DNA of 11,199 bases from Pseudobacteriovorax sp. (lineage in GTDB: Bacteria > Bdellovibrionota_B > Oligoflexia > Oligoflexales > Oligoflexaceae): the NCBI GenBank assembly GCA_050293845.1, contig JBNKNM010000186.1, positions 1 to 11,199 of the forward strand. The letters are read 5' to 3'. This document shows, piece after piece, positions 7,315-11,199 of this stretch. The notes beneath the pieces are model-generated. The model was not told the DNA's origin. It worked only from the letters and a program-made list of their open reading frames with translations, and searched no databases. The stretch's first letter is position 1; each line of letters begins with the position of its first letter. Position numbers and translations under genes: made by a program.

Positions 7315-7336
7315 AGTTGTAGAGTTGTAGAGTTGT
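7315..7336. repeat. Short tandem repeat, 8-bp unit AGAGTTGT, about 2.75 copies
   Basis: AGTTGT AGAGTTGT AGAGTTGT read directly from the sequence. Confidence 0.7.
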
Positions 7337-7344
7337 TTCCCAGC

Positions 7345-7362
7345 TAATATAACGTTATATTA
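7345..7362. promoter_or_regulatory. Perfect 18-bp palindrome upstream of the FecR-domain gene, candidate operator
   Basis: TAATATAACGTTATATTA is its own reverse complement; 36 nt upstream of the GTG at 7399. Confidence 0.5.
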
Positions 7363-7398
7363 ATAAGAACAATTATCACATCACAAGAAGAGGTCAAT

Positions 7399-8892
7399 GT
7401 GGCGCTCTTGTCGGCTAACATTGAAAGACTTTTTGTAAGTATTCTCATCTTTCTTTTCGTGTCCCAACCAGCAGATTCCTTTGCAAGTGGCAAACTACGT
7501 CCTCAAGTGGGAATTATCGATGAAGTTAAAGGCGCGCCTGATGTTTTGCGATATCCAGTGAGCGTGATTGATGATGCCTTAAAAGCTCGCGCACAAGCCG
7601 AAGATTTTTCAATTGTTCTCTATAAGGAAAAATACTGGGAAGCCTACTCGTTAAAATCAGGTAGCAAACTCTATTATGGCGATGTGCTAAGTTCGGGGTC
7701 GAGCTCTAAGATGGTGCTGACCCTAAAAGATGGCTTTAAGATAGTTATGGCAAAAAATACAAAAATTCGAATTACACCAAGATTTCTGACACAATCTCAA
7801 AAATCGACCTTTGGCAGTTGGGTGTATTTACTCGGAGGTCGGATGCGAGCTTACTTTAAAAAGAATAGTGAGAGTTCGGAGACAAAATTTCGCTCTAGAA
7901 CGATTGCGTTAGGAGTTCGGGGAACTGATTTTGTTTTTGAAACTGGAACTGATAAAAGCCGGGTTCTGACGATTGAAGGTCTAGTTGAAGTCAGATCAGT
8001 CGATAAAGAAGAAGCTGAGGCATTTGAAAAGCTGTCACAAGGCTATGTGCGGGGCAACGAAAAGGAGCTGAGCCAAGAGGTAAAAGTTCTCGAAAGTATC
8101 AAACCGAAAAAGGGAGTCCTACTCTCAAAAGCAGAAAAGATAGACCTGGAAACCACTCCTTTTGAGACAGAACTAAAGGTTGAAAAAATTAAGAGATCAG
8201 ACCTACAAGCGATTAATGATATTGCGAAAGATCTTAAAATTGCTGAAAAAGATTTGGTAGAAACCATAAATTCTGAGGAGGTGCCCGCAAGAGCTCCAGA
8301 GCCATTGCCCATTGAACGAGCGTCCTCCTTGCAAAAAACACTTTCACTGCGGCTTGGGATTGGCAATGCTGGGATTGATTCACAAGATTTCGAGGCAAAA
8401 GGGGGAGGGCTGGGTCTTGAAATTAAGTACAGACCGTTTAAATATGTCTTCTTTGATTTAGGGATTATGAGCGGCAGCTGGGACATGAGAGATTCACCTG
8501 ATGCTAATTCAGAAGAGATTCTTCGTTTAGTAAGTAAGAGATATACCCATTACACCTTTGGAATGGGAATTCGTTATATATGGTGGGATTATCTATCTCT
8601 ATCCCTTGCAGCAACCTACTTGAGTAATCGACAATTGAAATATGAAAATCAATTTGGTCGGTTTTACGATTTGAGGGTCGATTCGGTCGTTATACTTCGA
8701 TTGGAGATTAGCTATAACATATGGAAAAATTTGGAGTTATTCGTCACCCTCGGAGGTAACGATACGCAGGGACAGCTAGAGATTACAGATCCTGATGGTT
8801 CATTAAATGACGATAGGATAGATTTGCAGCTCAACTTTTTCCAGATAGGTTTGGGCTGGGCAGTTGATAGTCCCGATATTTTTTCAGATTGA
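7399..8892 (+). CDS. Exported FecR-domain protein with probable C-terminal outer-membrane beta-barrel
   Basis: RBS AAGAGG 7388-7393; N-terminal signal peptide. FecR signature LYYGDVLSSGSSSKMVLTLKDGFKIVMAKNTKIRI...LLGGRMRA...IALGVRGTDFVFE...RVLTIEGLVEV. Charged Pro-rich linker, then amphipathic strands (LSLRLGIG, LGLEIKYRP, YTFGMGIRY, LRLEISYN, FFQIGLGW). Confidence 0.8.
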   Translation: MALLSANIERLFVSILIFLFVSQPADSFASGKLRPQVGIIDEVKGAPDVLRYPVSVIDDALKARAQAEDFSIVLYKEKYWEAYSLKSGSKLYYGDVLSSGSSSKMVLTLKDGFKIVMAKNTKIRITPRFLTQSQKSTFGSWVYLLGGRMRAYFKKNSESSETKFRSRTIALGVRGTDFVFETGTDKSRVLTIEGLVEVRSVDKEEAEAFEKLSQGYVRGNEKELSQEVKVLESIKPKKGVLLSKAEKIDLETTPFETELKVEKIKRSDLQAINDIAKDLKIAEKDLVETINSEEVPARAPEPLPIERASSLQKTLSLRLGIGNAGIDSQDFEAKGGGLGLEIKYRPFKYVFFDLGIMSGSWDMRDSPDANSEEILRLVSKRYTHYTFGMGIRYIWWDYLSLSLAATYLSNRQLKYENQFGRFYDLRVDSVVILRLEISYNIWKNLELFVTLGGNDTQGQLEITDPDGSLNDDRIDLQLNFFQIGLGWAVDSPDIFSD

Positions 8893-8931
8893 ATGCCAAA
8901 TATTCTAGCAAGTAAATGTATTTTTGGCATT
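8892..8931 (+). terminator. Possible terminator or 3' hairpin after the FecR-domain gene
   Basis: AATGCCAAA (8892-8900) / TTTGGCATT (8923-8931) inverted repeat right at the stop codon. Large loop and no clear U-tail. Confidence 0.3.
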
Positions 8932-9307
8932 ATGAAAGACCTTCGAAGGAAAAAGCTGAAAGTTGACAGACAGCATTATTAACTATACTCTTCTCCACTT
9001 TTTTAAGCGTCGCACTGTGAGAGATCAGATTATAAAGATGCTCCCATAAAGCCAAATTATTAAAAAAGTAACTAGGAATCTGAGGATATCCCAAAACCCT
9101 ATACACCGTAATATGAGGATGAAAGAGTCTCAAAAAAAGAGAACATTAAGCTTCTTATGAGCAAGGTCAGCTTTGAGTGAAAAACAAGGTTGATTGGAAA
9201 AGGATCTGCGAGAATAGACGGCAGGACCTGACAAGTAATTTTATTTAAGCCAAAGCCACAGTCTCTCACAATGGGTTAAGGGGAAAACTTAAGCTTTTCT
9301 AATTCGT

Positions 9308-9736
9308 TTATAAGCCCCTACTATCCTTTGCAGCCTCTACTACCTGATCCAGTCGCAAGTTAGAAAGGAAGCTCAGTGCCGAATGTTCGACACCATCTGC
9401 AATGGATTTTAAGATTTGATCCATCGAGCATGACACCTTACAAGATGAGGTTGGGCTTTTACTAGGAACGCAAATCAGATTTTTCTCACCTGTGGAGGCT
9501 AGATAGATATCTTTCAAGGAAATTGTCGTGGCAGGGCGCCCTAGCTTCAAGCCCCCACTTTTGCCTCGGACGCTCAGGATCAGATGAGCATCAACTAGGC
9601 TCCCTACAAGCTTGCGGACAAAGGCTGGATTTGTCTTTAAACTACGGGCAATATCCGCTGAACTCAACAGCATGTCGCTCTTAAAAGCCAATAAAGTCAT
9701 TATATGGAGGGAAGCCGGAAATCGTGTATCTATCAT
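9308..9736 (-). CDS. Rrf2-family transcriptional regulator (YwnA/SaiR/HypR/SifR-like, probably thiol/redox sensing)
   Basis: Start moved to ATG 9736 (MIDTRFPASLHIMTLL). SSADIARSLKTNPAFVRKLVGSLVDAHLILSVRGKSGGLKLGRPATTISLKDIYLA is the Rrf2 signature; Cys in LICVP...SSCKVSCSM. Divergent from an oxidoreductase. Confidence 0.92.
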   Translation of the reverse strand: MIDTRFPASLHIMTLLAFKSDMLLSSADIARSLKTNPAFVRKLVGSLVDAHLILSVRGKSGGLKLGRPATTISLKDIYLASTGEKNLICVPSKSPTSSCKVSCSMDQILKSIADGVEHSALSFLSNLRLDQVVEAAKDSRGL

Positions 9737-9831
9737 AGTAACTTGTATCCTATCAAAGATGACAACCAATTGTAACTTTAATTATTGCATTAAATTTGTG
9801 ATCGGTGCTAATGTATCTTCTATTGTTACAT
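9725..9831. promoter_or_regulatory. Divergent promoter region with repeated Rrf2-type operators (TGTAWC-N7-GTTACA-like)
   Basis: TGTATC-TTCTATT-GTTACA (9812-9830); TGTAAC-TTTAATT-ATTGCA (9771-9789); TGTATC-TATCATA-GTAACT (9725-9743, over the rrf2 start codon); weaker TGTATC-N8-GATGACA (9744-9764). Confidence 0.7.
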
Positions 9832-9846
9832 ATAAGGAGTGCTGCT

Positions 9847-10911
9847 GTGTCGATTCAATCGCTTTTCCAGCCTTTTCAGTTCAAGTCCCTCAATTTGCGC
9901 AATCGCTTTGTCATGGCACCTATGACGCGGAAACAATCTCCTGAAGGTATCCCTACTCGGGAAGTATCAAGCTATTATGGGAGACGAGCAAAAGCTGAGG
10001 TTGGACTCATCCTCTCAGAAGGTACAGTTGTCGAGCGGCCTAGCTCCGCTAACCATCCTAAAATACCCCATTTTTATGGTTCTGCGTTGACCGGATGGCA
10101 AACTGTGATCGACGAAGTTCATGCCAATGGAGGCCAAATGGGACCCCAATTGTGGCATGTGGGAAAGGTGCCCTCACAAAATACAGAATTAAAATTTCCT
10201 TCTGCTCACGAAGGTCCTGACAATATGTCTATCGATGATATCGAAGCCACCATTGAGGCATTCGGTCAGGCGGCGGCTCATGCTAAGGAGTTGGGATTTG
10301 ACTGTGTCGAGCTACACGGGGCTCACGGTTACCTCATTGATCAATTTTTCTGGGATAAAACGAATCAAAGATCCGATCTGTATGGTGGAAAGACTATAAA
10401 AGAGAGAGGCAAATTTGCTACCGAGGTGGTAAAATCTGTCCGCAAAGCACTGGGTCCTGATATTGCCCTTATCATACGGCTTTCCCAGTGGAAGCAGCAG
10501 GACTTTAAGAGTAAATTGGCAAAGAATCCACAGGAAATGGAGCAATGGCTGCTACCATTGGTTGATGCCGGTGTTGATATACTTCACTGTTCTCAAAGGC
10601 GGTTTTGGGAAGCTGAGTTTGAGTCCTCAGACTTAAACTTTGCTGGGTGGGCCAAAAAAATTACTGGCTGTCCAACGATTACAGTGGGTTCTGTCGGACT
10701 ATCGGGCGATTTTATTTCAACATTTGGTGGCGAGAACTCATCAACTCAAGATTTGAGTGAACTCACAAAGCGTTTCGAGCGCAACGAGTTTGACTTGGTT
10801 GCCGTTGGGCGGGCGATTTTGCAAGATCCTCTGTGGGTGCTAAAGGTAAAAGAAGGGCGAGAGGAAGCTCTAAAACCTTTCTCATCTTCAAGCCTCGGCA
10901 AATACTACTAA
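9847..10911 (+). CDS. NADH:flavin oxidoreductase / old yellow enzyme family
   Basis: Start moved to GTG 9847 (RBS AAGGAG 9834-9839). Motifs LRNRFVMAPMTR, YYGRRAK..VGLILSEGT, QLWHVG, GFDCVELHGAHGYLIDQF, NQRSDLYGG, DLVAVGRAILQDP. Confidence 0.95.
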   Translation: MSIQSLFQPFQFKSLNLRNRFVMAPMTRKQSPEGIPTREVSSYYGRRAKAEVGLILSEGTVVERPSSANHPKIPHFYGSALTGWQTVIDEVHANGGQMGPQLWHVGKVPSQNTELKFPSAHEGPDNMSIDDIEATIEAFGQAAAHAKELGFDCVELHGAHGYLIDQFFWDKTNQRSDLYGGKTIKERGKFATEVVKSVRKALGPDIALIIRLSQWKQQDFKSKLAKNPQEMEQWLLPLVDAGVDILHCSQRRFWEAEFESSDLNFAGWAKKITGCPTITVGSVGLSGDFISTFGGENSSTQDLSELTKRFERNEFDLVAVGRAILQDPLWVLKVKEGREEALKPFSSSSLGKYY

Positions 10912-10918
10912 ATAACTA

Positions 10919-11199
10919 TTAGGATGCCACACATTTGCGAACCTCATTTTTCTCAGGGTAACAATACCTCTCCTGAGCCCAGTACTGGTTGATACCACAA
11001 CCTTCTGTCAACTGTGGATCAGTTGGAGTGCTGGGAAGCTCTGTTTTAGGAGGATTAGGAGTCGAACTAGTTAAATACGAGTAATGCTGCAAAACTGGAT
11101 TTAATAACAATTCTCTGACCGTCAACAGGAGACCTGCAATGCCATTTTTTACGCATGGGATGGCATGTAATCTCTCCTACCATAATTTTTTTCACAAGT
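10919..11199 (-). other. Probable 3' end of a gene running off the window (Pro/Thr linker plus small Cys-containing domain), possibly disrupted
   Basis: Minus frame ...HAIPCVKNGIAGLLLTVRELLLNP...STPNPPKTELPSTPTDPQLTEGCGINQYWAQERYCYPEKNEVRKCVAS*, convergent with the OYE gene (7-nt gap). In-frame stops lie upstream near 11177-11194. Confidence 0.35.

Noticed and set aside
7338..7365. dif-like XerC/XerD site (TTATATTAATA resembles the XerD arm)
   Set aside because: The central spacer would be 7 rather than 6 bp and the XerC arm is poor. Better explained as a simple palindrome.
8043..9133. Minus-strand ORFs 8043-8486, 8712-8930 and 8930-9133
   Set aside because: The first two are antisense to the FecR gene. 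The third has a weak start, no RBS and no recognisable domain.
9612..10545. ORFs 9612-9944 (+) and 10312-10545 (-), and the upstream-extended starts at 9769 and 9805
   Set aside because: Shadow ORFs overlapping rrf2/OYE. The extended starts run through the operator region; the family N-termini (and the RBS for OYE) support 9736 and 9847.
5884..11169. 15-bp inverted match TACATGCCATCCCAT at 5884-5898 and 11169-11155
   Set aside because: Does not extend on either side; a single match of this length in 11 kb is compatible with chance.
1..11199. CRISPR array, tRNA or rRNA
   Set aside because: No regularly spaced direct repeats, cloverleaf or rRNA-like sequence seen by eye. A covariance-model scan was not possible.

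Overview
AT-rich bacterial accessory region; the protease and FecR-fusion types tentatively suggest Bdellovibrionota/Oligoflexia (inference). Left to right: (1) an intact minus-strand arsR - small thioredoxin - ArsP/DUF318 permease operon whose sigma70 promoter lies under a perfect 26-bp palindrome; (2) a full-length (784 bp) but doubly frameshifted IS6-family element; (3) a perfect 19-bp-stem hairpin and a frameshifted N-terminal fragment of an IS200/IS605 TnpB that the ORF track misses; (4) a secreted HExxH zinc metalloprotease with a C-terminal PPC domain; (5) a frameshifted cupin gene; (6) a stand-alone hyper-acidic lipoprotein with a sigma28/FliA-type promoter and its own terminator; (7) a ~925-bp intergenic region with palindromes, a short tandem repeat and a Lys-rich coding remnant; (8) a FecR-domain / beta-barrel fusion protein; (9) a divergent Rrf2 regulator / old-yellow-enzyme oxidoreductase pair with repeated TGTAWC-N7-GTTACA-like operators; (10) the probable 3' end of a gene at the right edge. 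No rRNA, tRNA or CRISPR array was seen. No complete new system can be demonstrated from sequence alone. The best leads are the sigma28-driven acidic lipoprotein, the FecR-barrel fusion and the cryptic TnpB relic with its nearby hairpin.
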